Below are positions 17,821-27,351 of a DNA stretch of 64,000 nucleotides, one piece after another; the first letter of the stretch is position 1, and each line of letters opens with the position of its first letter. The translations under genes were made by a program, and so were the position numbers. This stretch comes from Clostridiales bacterium. Its GTDB lineage: Bacteria; Bacillota; Clostridia; Christensenellales; UBA1242. The notes under the pieces are model-generated. The model had not been told where the DNA came from and did no database searches. It saw only the letters and a list, made by a program, of their open reading frames with translations. The DNA lies in assembly GCA_015069415.1 (NCBI GenBank), contig SVIQ01000001.1:158709-222708 (forward strand), written 5' to 3'.

Positions 17821-19155
17821 ATGTTAAAAATTTATTTTTTTGACAACAATATGGTTATGACTTCTAGTATAAAAAACAAAATCAAAAAGTTAACAACAAG
17901 CAAACTCTTCATTTCTTGCTTTTTTTTCTGTTTTTTGTTTTTAGCTGGAAGTTATTCCGTGCAAGTAGAAAAGATTTTGTTCTTTTACTCTTGTGTATGT
18001 TTTCTGTTTTTGCCAGTAGATGAAAGTTTCTACTTTTTCCTTTTCACAAGATCTTTTATCTGCTCCAATATCGACATATGCCAATCAACTTTTAACGCAT
18101 TTGTATTTATCTTTATCGTAAAATATATTTTTGGATTAATTTATAAGGATTACAAAATTAACAAAAATTTCTTAATCATATTAATTTGTTTTCTTTTATA
18201 TTCATGCATTATCACCATGTTTTACAGACAATCAAACAATTATGAGGTAATTTTCTATTTTCCTTTATTCTATCTTCTCTTTGTATTAAAGGATAAAATA
18301 AACTTTAGAAAAGCATTAGACTTTCTTCTAATTGGAGTACTGACTTCTGTCGCACTTTCACCTCTATGTTTAATTTTACCTAGCTTTTCATACAATTGCT
18401 TTTTAAATTCTAGATACCACGCATTTCACGGCAATCCTAATCGCTTATATATGAAAACTATTTTCCTTTTAGTTTCGTATAGCGTTCTATTTTTAAGAAA
18501 AGAATTAGCAGGATTTAAATTTATTTCTATATACGTTATATTAAGCGCTCTCACAATTTTAACATTATCAAAAACAGGAATTTTAATGCTAATTTTATTT
18601 AGTTTCATTATCACAATAATTTATTTAAAACAAGATTTTAAAAATCATATAGAATATGTTTTATATGCCATTCTAGGATTACTGGTAATATCGTTAATTT
18701 TCCAAAATCAAATTTTTACAATTATCCAACGTTTCACGTCTTCTAACAATAACAGTTTAAATTCGCTTTTTACTGGAAGACTTGATATCTGGATTGACTA
18801 TTGTAAGCAAATTTTCAAAAACCCTATAACACTTCTCTTTGGTAGAGGAATTTTTGCAAAATACGCTTATATTTTTGAACAAGACTTAGCACGCGCACCG
18901 CATAATTTATATCTTTACTTAATTTATTTCTATGGAGTTGTTGGAATAGTTTTCATATGGATGATGATTAGAGAAATTTTTGTAAATCGCCAAGGTTTTA
19001 AATTCTCTTTCTTGAATTTCCTACCTTTACTTTACTTACTTCTTGAAGGATTATTTGATAATATTCACACATCATTCAACATCCCAATGTTTGCAATTGC
19101 ATTTGCATTCCTGTTCTTAAAAAATAATCCTAAAAAAGAGGAATTAAAAGAATAA
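17821..19155 (+). CDS. Wzy_C / O-antigen ligase-family membrane protein
   Basis: Polytopic, with an APHNLYLYLIYFYGVVG motif (the H-N-x-Y-L...G-x-x-G pattern of the ligase/polymerase family). A start at the ATG at 17851 is possible because a -10-like element abuts 17821. Confidence 0.6.
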   Translation: MLKIYFFDNNMVMTSSIKNKIKKLTTSKLFISCFFFCFLFLAGSYSVQVEKILFFYSCVCFLFLPVDESFYFFLFTRSFICSNIDICQSTFNAFVFIFIVKYIFGLIYKDYKINKNFLIILICFLLYSCIITMFYRQSNNYEVIFYFPLFYLLFVLKDKINFRKALDFLLIGVLTSVALSPLCLILPSFSYNCFLNSRYHAFHGNPNRLYMKTIFLLVSYSVLFLRKELAGFKFISIYVILSALTILTLSKTGILMLILFSFIITIIYLKQDFKNHIEYVLYAILGLLVISLIFQNQIFTIIQRFTSSNNNSLNSLFTGRLDIWIDYCKQIFKNPITLLFGRGIFAKYAYIFEQDLARAPHNLYLYLIYFYGVVGIVFIWMMIREIFVNRQGFKFSFLNFLPLLYLLLEGLFDNIHTSFNIPMFAIAFAFLFLKNNPKKEELKE

Positions 19156-19220
19156 ACTTATCTTAGTTTACAAGACAAAACAATTCTAAATACAAAAAAA
19201 TGACTGTTTAAAGTCATTTT

Positions 19221-20000
19221 TTATTTTTCCTCTTTGCTTTCTTCTTTGTTGTGAAGTTCTTCCATATATGTTACTGTTCCGTTTTCAGCAATAACATTTT
19301 TTGCCATCAACAAGCCTTTATCATATTGCTCTTGATTGATTTTTCCTGTTCTTAAAAGATAATCTGCATAATAATAATCTTGAACTAAATCACCAACCAA
19401 AATTCCTTGTTTGTCTTTCTTAAATAAAGATAATGCAGTTTTAAACAAAATCTTTATATCTCCCCACAAGGTAATCTTTTTCGCATATTCCATATTGCTT
19501 TTGAAAACATTATCCCAATGAGTAGTTGTACGACCTTCGCTAATTACAGACAATCCTGCGATTCCTGGACGTGCTGTGTAATTTTCCACAACTTCTTTGT
19601 CGTAGAAAATCATATCTTTAACAAGTTTTGGTCTTGGACCAACAAAACTCATATCGCCTTTTAAAATGTTGAACAATTGAGGCAACTCGTCAATTCCTGT
19701 TTTTCTGAGCACCTTACCAAACTTTGTGATACGTTGAGAATCTGGAAGAAGATCTCCTTTTTCGTCAAAAGTATTTTTCATACTTCTAAACTTGTACATT
19801 TTGAAAACTTTTCCGTATCTTCCAGGTCTATATTGACAAAATAAAATAGGTCCTTTAAGCGAAATCTTTTGAATAATTGCAACTGTCAATAAAATTGGTG
19901 ATAAAATTACAATTAATAACAATGAAAATAAAATGTCAAAAAATCTTTTAAAAAACGCTTCGTATGGTCCTTTTCTTTTCTTTTTTGCTTTATCTTTCAT
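19221..20000 (-). CDS. Polyprenyl-phosphate sugar-phosphate transferase (bacterial sugar transferase, priming enzyme) with a C-terminal extension
   Basis: A single N-terminal TM helix, then PGRYGKVFKMYKFRSM and DELPQLFNILKGDMSFVGPRP. About 70 extra residues follow the catalytic domain. Confidence 0.85.
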   Translation of the reverse strand: MKDKAKKKRKGPYEAFFKRFFDILFSLLLIVILSPILLTVAIIQKISLKGPILFCQYRPGRYGKVFKMYKFRSMKNTFDEKGDLLPDSQRITKFGKVLRKTGIDELPQLFNILKGDMSFVGPRPKLVKDMIFYDKEVVENYTARPGIAGLSVISEGRTTTHWDNVFKSNMEYAKKITLWGDIKILFKTALSLFKKDKQGILVGDLVQDYYYADYLLRTGKINQEQYDKGLLMAKNVIAENGTVTYMEELHNKEESKEEK

Positions 20001-20068
20001 AATTATCTCCTCTATTTTTTTTTATTATATCATACTAGTTTTTTTATTTCAAGCAATTTTCGACATAA

Positions 20069-20467
20069 TTAATTTGCTAATTTTTGGTTTAAAAATTTTA
20101 GGTCATTTTCAGCAAGTGACAATTTTTTTATTTTCTTTATTAAATTTTCATTAATATCTTTCAAATATTTAAAATTTTCGTGAATATTCTTCTTTAATGT
20201 TTCTTTATCCAAACCCACATCGTAAACTTTAGGCAAGCTTTCAATTTCTCTTTTCAAAATTACATATGACATGTCTACTGCTTTTATCTTTTTAAACACA
20301 AACTCGTACGCAGTCTTTAAACTCAGATCTAAAGTCTTTGTTTGTAAGTAAACATTAGTATCAAATTCTTCTAAAATCTCTTTTCTAACTCCAAGGTTAA
20401 AATTTTCTATGGACAATATCTTTATGTAGTCATCAATTAATGATAATTTTAATTTTTCTTTAATCAA
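20069..20467 (-). CDS. Hypothetical protein (TTG start)
   Basis: AGGAG lies 6 nt upstream of the TTG. 132 aa, Lys/Glu-rich and helical-looking. I recognise no motif. Confidence 0.5.
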   Translation of the reverse strand: MIKEKLKLSLIDDYIKILSIENFNLGVRKEILEEFDTNVYLQTKTLDLSLKTAYEFVFKKIKAVDMSYVILKREIESLPKVYDVGLDKETLKKNIHENFKYLKDINENLIKKIKKLSLAENDLKFLNQKLAN

Positions 20468-20677
20468 AATTTACTCCTAAAACTAGTTTACTTTGATTAA
20501 AATTTTTTATTTATAAAAATAATGACAACTTTTGTAAAAATTCAAGAACATTTGTTTCTCTTTGTAATATTATAACTTTTTAGTAGATCTTTCACTATAT
20601 TTATCAGCTATTTAAATTTTCTTGACTTTTACTGAAAAATACTTTAATATAATGGTAATTTTTATAGGGAGAAATTT

Positions 20678-21319
20678 ATGACAAACGAAAAAACAAATTC
20701 ACCAGTAGTTGAATTCAACGGAGAAATTAAAAAAATTAACGATGATAAACTTTCTTATGATGCAATAAGAGAAATGATTGCTTCTAGAAAAGTTGCAACT
20801 GAACTATCTAAAGAAGATTTTGAATCTAAAAGAAAAAGTGGAGAAATTGTATGCTTAAATGGAGACGGAGCTTCTTCTCCAGTCTACTTGTACCAACTAA
20901 CAGATATCGATCAAGAGATGTATCGCTTTGCATTCTATGACAAAGATGGACAATTAATGTTTACTTTCCCTTGGAATGGTGATCTTGATAGTCGTATTTA
21001 TTGTCCACTGATAGAATCAATGCCTGCACTATATTGGGAATCTGTAAAAAATATTAAATTTGGAGCAACAGAAGATGGATGGGTTGCTGTAACAATGGAA
21101 ATGACAGGTTGGATAGAATACAACTACCCTCTAGAAGGCGAAGTATATAGTGAAATCATTAATCCAACAGGAACAGAATTCGCTAGTTTTACAGACAACG
21201 TTACTTCAAGTGAATTTTATCCTTACACTAATGAAGACTGGATTTATTCTATTCACACAAAGAAAGCTGAAATCCTATTAGAAGAAAATGAAAAAAATTC
21301 AATAAATATCAATTATTAA
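20678..21319 (+). CDS. Hypothetical protein
   Basis: Promoter TTGACT-17-TAATAT and SD gggag are upstream. 213 aa, no recognised motif, no signal peptide. Confidence 0.55.
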   Translation: MTNEKTNSPVVEFNGEIKKINDDKLSYDAIREMIASRKVATELSKEDFESKRKSGEIVCLNGDGASSPVYLYQLTDIDQEMYRFAFYDKDGQLMFTFPWNGDLDSRIYCPLIESMPALYWESVKNIKFGATEDGWVAVTMEMTGWIEYNYPLEGEVYSEIINPTGTEFASFTDNVTSSEFYPYTNEDWIYSIHTKKAEILLEENEKNSININY

Positions 21320-21370
21320 TAACAAAAAAATCACCAAACGGTGATTTTTTTATCTCAATTAATATCTTCT

Positions 21371-21628
21371 TTATTTATTACTTTCGTCTAAAGCTTTTCT
21401 TACCGCCCTTGCTAATTGGTCTGCACATGAAGTAGGTCTAAACCCGCAAGTGTTTCCTTTAAGTTTTTCTTCTATGTATTCCACAGTTTTACCGTCACAC
21501 AATTTTGAAACCGCTTTTAGATTTCCATTACAACCGCCAGTAAAAGAAATATTGGTAACAACATTTCCGTTTAAATCAAATTTTATAAGACTAGAGCAAA
21601 CTCCTTGAGTTCTGTAAGTATATTCCAT
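21371..21628 (-). CDS. TSCPD-domain small protein (TIGR03905-like)
   Basis: 85 aa with GGCNGN and CGFRPTSCADQLARAV (a TSC-x-D motif). Confidence 0.7.
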   Translation of the reverse strand: MEYTYRTQGVCSSLIKFDLNGNVVTNISFTGGCNGNLKAVSKLCDGKTVEYIEEKLKGNTCGFRPTSCADQLARAVRKALDESNK

Positions 21629-21688
21629 AATTTCTCCTTTGTTTTTACCATTGTAACATTTGATTAAATTTTAGTCAAACAAAGACGA

Positions 21689-22381
21689 TTATGTTGTTTT
21701 TGAATTTAAAAATCTTGAAATATTTACAGTTAAAAAGTCATGAGGCCATTCAATTCTGCTTTCAGTCTGATCATAATATGTTGATAAGAATTGTGTTGAA
21801 AAAATTTTAACACTATAAGGTTCACGAGAAGAAATAAAATTATTAATGGCTTGTTGCAAATATTTGTTACTAGCATTTAAAATGAAGAAATTCAATTCAA
21901 TTTTACCCAATTTCTTAATCATATCCATTAAATCAATTGCAGTAGGACAATTCTGACTTTGCACATACTTTTTTACCCTTTCAAAATCTCCACTCAAAAG
22001 ATCTTGCACTCCTCTAAGCATAATGGTTTGTGTGTAGTCATCTCTTAAAAATCGGCTTAATTGCAACATAAACATTGAGAACACAAATTCTCTTGCTACT
22101 ACCTTTTTCTGGATCTCTGTTTCGCACCTTGATAATGTCAAATTTAATTTTGCAACAATATCATCCGTTATTGTAATACAGCAAGATTTAACATCAACAG
22201 AAGATACACTCAAAAATTCATTTGCCATTTCAACCATTTCTGTTGGACAATCTTCAAAAATAAAATTATCTCTAGTTTTTCCGCATGTTAAGTAACTTTT
22301 TATAAATGTTTCATCTAATTTCATGTGGTTAGTATAACTAAAAAATTCAATCTTGTCAAGATAAAAGAATCCACTTTGCAA
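21689..22381 (-). CDS. Hypothetical protein (tracked TTG start; ATG at 22324 is an alternative)
   Basis: The ORF lies 12 nt downstream of the MBL gene on the same strand. No recognised motif. Confidence 0.5.
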   Translation of the reverse strand: MQSGFFYLDKIEFFSYTNHMKLDETFIKSYLTCGKTRDNFIFEDCPTEMVEMANEFLSVSSVDVKSCCITITDDIVAKLNLTLSRCETEIQKKVVAREFVFSMFMLQLSRFLRDDYTQTIMLRGVQDLLSGDFERVKKYVQSQNCPTAIDLMDMIKKLGKIELNFFILNASNKYLQQAINNFISSREPYSVKIFSTQFLSTYYDQTESRIEWPHDFLTVNISRFLNSKTT

Positions 22382-22393
22382 GCGGATTCTTTT

Positions 22394-23236
22394 TTACAAT
22401 TTAATTTCCATACCGTCGTATGCCACTAAACAAGAATATTTTTTGAGTTGTTTTTCAAGTTCTTCATGCAAAGGATTTCCATCATGAGTAATATGAGTAG
22501 CATAAATCAAACAATTATCTTTTAATAATTCATTCTCTTTCAATGTTTCAACAAACTGAACAAATCCTTTGATATTTAAGTGTGAGAAACAATAATCGCT
22601 ATTTCCAAATGATTCATCTAAGAAAATACAATCAATTTTTTCATTCTTTAACTCTCTTAAAGCAATGTCTGAAATTTGTGGAGTATCTGTCGCATAAAAC
22701 AAAGTCTTATTTTTTTCTTTAATTAAATACAATTGAGCACCCAACTTCTCATCGTGCGTTGTATGTATCGCTTTGATTTGATATTTATCTAGTTTTAATA
22801 ATTCACCATGATTAACTATCTTTACTTCACAATTAATTTTCTTTAGATAATCCTCATTTTTCAAATTTATATTATCATATAAATTGACTTTAGTATTTAT
22901 ATCTTCAAAACATTTTTTTGAACAAACTAATGAAAGTGATTTTTTTCTAATAGTTGCATATTTGTAATCAAGGGTTGTGAACTGATTTATATCAAAATGG
23001 TCAAGATGAGTATGTGTTTGCAATAAGTATTTAACATTAGACATATTTTTTCCATACATGTTCATCGCGGTTTGACAATCTCCGGTTAAATCCACTATCA
23101 TTTCATCGTTTACTAAGATAGAGGCTCTTTTCCTAATGTTCTTTCCACCCATTTTTCTGGCCTTGCTACAATACTTACAATCACAAAATGCTAATGGATA
23201 CCCAAATCCTCCAGAACCCAACACTGTTATTTTCAT
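22394..23236 (-). CDS. MBL-fold metallo-hydrolase, PhnP-like
   Basis: N-terminal VLGSGG, a CDCKYC cysteine cluster (CxCxxC as in PhnP) and the HTHLDH metal motif. Confidence 0.7.
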   Translation of the reverse strand: MKITVLGSGGFGYPLAFCDCKYCSKARKMGGKNIRKRASILVNDEMIVDLTGDCQTAMNMYGKNMSNVKYLLQTHTHLDHFDINQFTTLDYKYATIRKKSLSLVCSKKCFEDINTKVNLYDNINLKNEDYLKKINCEVKIVNHGELLKLDKYQIKAIHTTHDEKLGAQLYLIKEKNKTLFYATDTPQISDIALRELKNEKIDCIFLDESFGNSDYCFSHLNIKGFVQFVETLKENELLKDNCLIYATHITHDGNPLHEELEKQLKKYSCLVAYDGMEIKL

Positions 23237-23446
23237 AATTTTCTCCTTTTTTTAGTATAACATAAACAAAAAATAATTGTCTAGAGAAATTTTAATTTAT
23301 TTAAACCGTATTGACAAAAGTTAATATATAATACATTTAAAAAACTAGGAACTCTCCTAGTTTTTTTCTTTTAAAACTTACTAATATCATAACATCGTTT
23401 TTCAAAAGACTTTAACATTTTTTGTAGATTTTCCAAAATATATTAC

Positions 23447-23523
23447 TGGTGCGAGTGGAGGAACTCGAATCCCCAACCCTCAGTTCCGAAGACTGATGCT
23501 CTATCCAATTGAGCTACACTCGC
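23447..23523 (-). tRNA. tRNA-Arg (anticodon UCG)
   Basis: The reverse complement folds as GCGAGTG-TA-GCTC-AATTGGATA-GAGC-A-TCAGT-CTTCGGA-ACTGA-GGGTT-GGGGA-TTCGAGT-TCCTC-CACTCGC-A-CCA. Confidence 0.9.
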
Positions 23524-23552
23524 ATGATGCATTTAGCTTATGCTAAACGCTT

Positions 23553-24590
23553 TTATTTTTTCTTTAACAAATAATCTTGAAGGTCTAAACTAGGATTTGG
23601 AGAAAGAGTCATATCCGCCACCCCAATTCCATCGCGATATGCGTAATATCCAGCACTTCCAATCATACCGGCATTATCTGTGCAATACTCAAATTTTGGA
23701 ATAAAACATTCAATTCCGTTTTCGTTTGCTTTTTTAGTTAGTTCTTCTCTAAGTCTCCTGTTTGCACTAACACCGCCCGCAACAACTACTTTCTTAAAAC
23801 CTTGTTCAAGACACGCTTTGATAGTTTTACTAACAAGTTCATCAACCGCCCATTTTTCAAAACTTGCGCAAATATCAGCCTTTGGAATAGCTTCACCATT
23901 TTGTTCAATCTTGTGAACATAATTAATAACCGCAGTTTTCATTCCGCTAAAACTAAAGTTGTAACCTAAATCATTAGGTTTTGTAAATTTAATGTTAGCT
24001 TCTCCGCTTTCAGCCAACTTACTCACTTTAGGTCCACCCGGATAACCAAGACCTAAGACTCTTGCAACCTTGTCAAAACACTCGCCAACCGCATCATCCA
24101 TAGTTTCGCCTATTACTTCATGATGATTGTAGTCTTCAACCTTTATTATCGCCGTATGTCCACCACTTACTAAAAGACACATAAAAGGAGGTTCAAGGTT
24201 TTCATTACTCAAATAGTTTCCTGCAATATGTCCATAAATATGATTAACTGCAATCAAAGGTTTTTTTGTTGCATAGGCAAGACCTTTTGCATAGCACACT
24301 CCAACCATTAACGAACCAATTAGACCCGCTCCATATGTTACAGCAATAGCATCGATTTCATCTAATGTGCATTTTGCCTCCTTTAATGCAAGTTTTACAA
24401 CGTTGTCAATCGCAGTTACATGATTTCTGCTTGCTACTTCTGGAACCACTCCTCCAAAACGAGTGTGAATATCAATTTGACTTGTTACAATATTAGATAA
24501 GCAAAAACGGCCGTCTACAACAACAGCACAACTTGTTTCATCACAACTAGACTCAATTGCTAGTACTTTAAAATTCTTCTTCATTTCCAC
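23553..24590 (-). CDS. tsaD: tRNA N6-adenosine threonylcarbamoyltransferase TsaD
   Basis: VLAIESSCDETSCAVV N-terminus, HIYGHI and SGGHT motifs, 345 aa. Confidence 0.9.
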   Translation of the reverse strand: MEMKKNFKVLAIESSCDETSCAVVVDGRFCLSNIVTSQIDIHTRFGGVVPEVASRNHVTAIDNVVKLALKEAKCTLDEIDAIAVTYGAGLIGSLMVGVCYAKGLAYATKKPLIAVNHIYGHIAGNYLSNENLEPPFMCLLVSGGHTAIIKVEDYNHHEVIGETMDDAVGECFDKVARVLGLGYPGGPKVSKLAESGEANIKFTKPNDLGYNFSFSGMKTAVINYVHKIEQNGEAIPKADICASFEKWAVDELVSKTIKACLEQGFKKVVVAGGVSANRRLREELTKKANENGIECFIPKFEYCTDNAGMIGSAGYYAYRDGIGVADMTLSPNPSLDLQDYLLKKK

Positions 24591-24690
24591 GCCCTAATTT
24601 TAGCACAAACACATAGAAATATCAAGTATTTTAAAAATCTAGGTCTTGACAAATCTTAAAATTGTGATATATTAATTAAAAGAGGAAATT

Positions 24691-25056
24691 ATGAATCAAA
24701 CAAATAGATATACAAAACAATTTTTAATTCACATGGCAGATTTATACAACTTTTCTGAAGATGATGACATTTTAACCATAAGAGAAAAATTTTTTAACAA
24801 AAAAATAAAAAAATGGTTTATGGATTATTTAAAAAATTATAAAAATGTTCAAACAATTACAGAGTTAGAAAATAGAACTAATTTAATTGAAAGAGAAAAA
24901 AGAGCAAGATTTTTAATAAAACTTTTTAAAGAGCATGAAATTCCTACAACTCAATTAAATCAAAAATTTATGCAATTAGCTAGACTTCTTTACACTATTA
25001 CTGAAATGAAAACCGAACATGGATACACTTTCGTCCCTAAAGACTTTGAACAATAA
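24691..25056 (+). CDS. Hypothetical protein
   Basis: A TTGACA-16-TATATT promoter with an upstream TGTGA, and SD agagga. 121 aa, no recognised motif. Confidence 0.5.
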   Translation: MNQTNRYTKQFLIHMADLYNFSEDDDILTIREKFFNKKIKKWFMDYLKNYKNVQTITELENRTNLIEREKRARFLIKLFKEHEIPTTQLNQKFMQLARLLYTITEMKTEHGYTFVPKDFEQ

Positions 25057-25095
25057 ATTTTATTATAAAACTTGAAAAATAAGATAATTATCAAT

Positions 25096-25127
25096 ACAAA
25101 AAAATCCACAAATTGTGGATTTTTTTA
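25096..25127. terminator. Bidirectional terminator
   Basis: An A-run, atccaca-aat-tgtggat, then a T-run. It lies between the convergent 24691 gene and prfB. Confidence 0.7.
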
Positions 25128-26234
25128 CTCTTTATTAACATGACTTTTTCTTAAATACTCGTTTATAAAAGATGTCAAATCTCCATCCATAACTGCTTGA
25201 ACATTGCTAGTTTCATAATCTGTTCTGTGGTCTTTAACCATTGTGTAAGGTTGGAAAACGTAACTTCGAATTTGACTACCCCATTCGATTTTCTTTAAAT
25301 CTCCCTTGATTTCGTTAAGGTGATTTCTGTGCTTTTCTTCTTCAAGTACTACCAATTTACTAGTCAAAATTTTCATTGCATTTTCTCTGTTTTGCAACTG
25401 ACTTCTTTCGTTTTGGCAAGTAACCACAATTCCTGTTGGAATGTGAGTAATTCTAACCGCAGTTTCAACTTTGTTTACATTTTGTCCGCCAGCACCGCTA
25501 CTTCTGTATGTGTCAATTCTAATGTCATCATTGTTGATTTTTACATCTGTTTTCTTGTTGATTTCTGGAAGAACTTCAACTGAGGCAAAACTTGTGTGCC
25601 TACGTTTGTTTGAATCGAATGGACTAATTCTAACAAGTCTGTGAACTCCCATTTCGCCTTTTAGTTTTCCGTAAGCATATTCACCCTTAATCCAAATAGA
25701 AACAGATTTGAGTCCTGCGTCTCCTGTGTCAACTTTGTCAACAATATCAAAACTAAAATTGTTTTTGTTTGCATACATATTATACATTCGTGCAAGCATT
25801 ACAACCCAATCTTGAGCCTCTGTTCCACCGGCTCCAGCATGAATTGTTAAAATTGCGTCACTGTTGTCATACTTTTCGTCAAGAAGCGTTCTAACATTTA
25901 AATCATCAACCTTTTCTTTTAATGAAAGCGTTTCAGTGTAAGCAAGATTAAGTAATTCAATATCTGTATCTTGCTCCAACTCTTTAACTGTTTTAATCAA
26001 CCCACTAATTTGAGCCTGAAGAGAACTTACTTCATTAAACAAATCTTGAAGAGATTTAATTTCTTTGTTAGTTTGCATTGCGTAATCTAAGTTGTTCCAA
26101 AACGACAAAGACTCTCTTTCTTTCATAAGTTCGTTTAATTTTTCTTGATTTTCTTCTAAATTTAAGCATGATTTAGTAAGTTCAAATTTCTGAACTAAAG
26201 CTTCTAATTCATCTCCAATGTTTTCTATATTCAT
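25125..26234 (-). CDS. prfB: Peptide chain release factor 2, encoded in a single frame
   Basis: SPF tripeptide ([18 protein letters not shown]) and GGQ ([11 protein letters not shown]). The likely start is MNIENIG at 26234, because the tracked N-terminal extension runs into rpsR. Confidence 0.9.
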   Translation of the reverse strand: MNIENIGDELEALVQKFELTKSCLNLEENQEKLNELMKERESLSFWNNLDYAMQTNKEIKSLQDLFNEVSSLQAQISGLIKTVKELEQDTDIELLNLAYTETLSLKEKVDDLNVRTLLDEKYDNSDAILTIHAGAGGTEAQDWVVMLARMYNMYANKNNFSFDIVDKVDTGDAGLKSVSIWIKGEYAYGKLKGEMGVHRLVRISPFDSNKRRHTSFASVEVLPEINKKTDVKINNDDIRIDTYRSSGAGGQNVNKVETAVRITHIPTGIVVTCQNERSQLQNRENAMKILTSKLVVLEEEKHRNHLNEIKGDLKKIEWGSQIRSYVFQPYTMVKDHRTDYETSNVQAVMDGDLTSFINEYLRKSHVNKE

Positions 26235-26304
26235 ATTGTCATTATAACAAAATATATTTGTTAAAGCAAATGATTGAAAAAAAAAGAAGGCATAAGCCTC
26301 TTTT

Positions 26305-26592
26305 TTAGTCACCGCTGAATGGTAATAAAGCGATGTTTCTAGCACGTTTAATAGCAACTGTCAATTCTCTTTGGTGACGAGAACATGTGCCAGTTTGTCT
26401 GCTAGGGATAATTTTGCCTTTTTCTGTAACGAATTTTCTAAGTCTGTTAACATCTTTGTAATCAATAACTTTTAAATTCTTATCTTCACAGAAAGCACAA
26501 ACTTTTTTCTTGCTCTTAGCTTTGAAGAATTTTTTCTTTTCAACTTTAACTTCTTTAGCTGGAGCCACTTGTTCGATAATTTCTTCTGCCAT
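26305..26592 (-). CDS. rpsR: 30S ribosomal protein S18
   Basis: [50 protein letters not shown]. Confidence 0.9.
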   Translation of the reverse strand: MAEEIIEQVAPAKEVKVEKKKFFKAKSKKKVCAFCEDKNLKVIDYKDVNRLRKFVTEKGKIIPSRQTGTCSRHQRELTVAIKRARNIALLPFSGD

Positions 26593-26611
26593 ATATTCCT
26601 CCTATTTAAAA

Positions 26612-27034
26612 TTAGAATGGAAGAGAGCTGTCATCAATAGGTTGAAGGTCAGCAACGTTCATACCGCCACCAATGTTAGCAGTACCACCTTCGCCTTGTC
26701 CTTCTACATTTCCATCGTTTTTGCTTGTTAAGAATTCAACTTCGTCAGCAACAATGTCAACTGAAAAACCTTTTGTTCCATCATTCTTCTCATAGTTTCT
26801 AGTTTGAATTGAACCAGAAACTGCAATTTTGTTACCTTTCTTTAAGTACTTAGCGCAATTTTCTGCATTGCCTCTCCATGCTGTAATGTTGAAGAAATCA
26901 ACATCTCTAGCACCATCAGCATTAGCAAATCTTCTGCTAACAGCGATTGACATACGGCATAATGAAATACCGCTAGTTGTAGTAGACAATTCAGGGTCAC
27001 GTGTAAGGTAACCAGTCATATAAACTTTGTTCAT
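26612..27034 (-). CDS. ssb: Single-stranded DNA-binding protein
   Basis: An OB-fold N-terminus (MNKVYMTGYLTRDPEL), a Gly-rich tail and an acidic tip DDSSLPF. Confidence 0.9.
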   Translation of the reverse strand: MNKVYMTGYLTRDPELSTTTSGISLCRMSIAVSRRFANADGARDVDFFNITAWRGNAENCAKYLKKGNKIAVSGSIQTRNYEKNDGTKGFSVDIVADEVEFLTSKNDGNVEGQGEGGTANIGGGMNVADLQPIDDSSLPF

Positions 27035-27069
27035 TTAATTTCTCCTTTATGAGTAAAACTCATTTAGCA

Positions 27070-27351
27070 TTATTTCGCAATAATGATATAACGCATGATA
27101 CCATTAGTAATTGAAAGAAGTGCACCTAAAGTGTTAGGGACATTAGCTTCAGCAGTAAAGTTAACTAAAACATAGTAACCTTCACGCTTCTTTTCGATTT
27201 CGTAAGCTAACTTCTTGTTTCCAATACGTTCAACTGAATCGATTTTTCCGCCTTCTTTCTCAATGATTCCATTAACAAGAGCAATCAAACTTTCTTTTTC
27301 TTCGTCTGTAGACTGACTAGGAATAATGTACATCATCTCGTAAGTGTTCAT
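27070..27351 (-). CDS. rpsF: 30S ribosomal protein S6
   Basis: MNTYEMMYII...KLAYEIEKKREGYYVLVNF, in the conserved rpsF-ssb-rpsR order. Confidence 0.9.
   Translation of the reverse strand: MNTYEMMYIIPSQSTDEEKESLIALVNGIIEKEGGKIDSVERIGNKKLAYEIEKKREGYYVLVNFTAEANVPNTLGALLSITNGIMRYIIIAK

Noticed and set aside
26235-26357. N-terminal 41-codon extension of the prfB ORF, or a hidden prfB frameshift cassette
   Set aside because: The extension overlaps the 3' end of rpsR and has no RF2 homology. RF2 homology begins at MNIENIG, and no in-frame UGA or frameshift site is seen.
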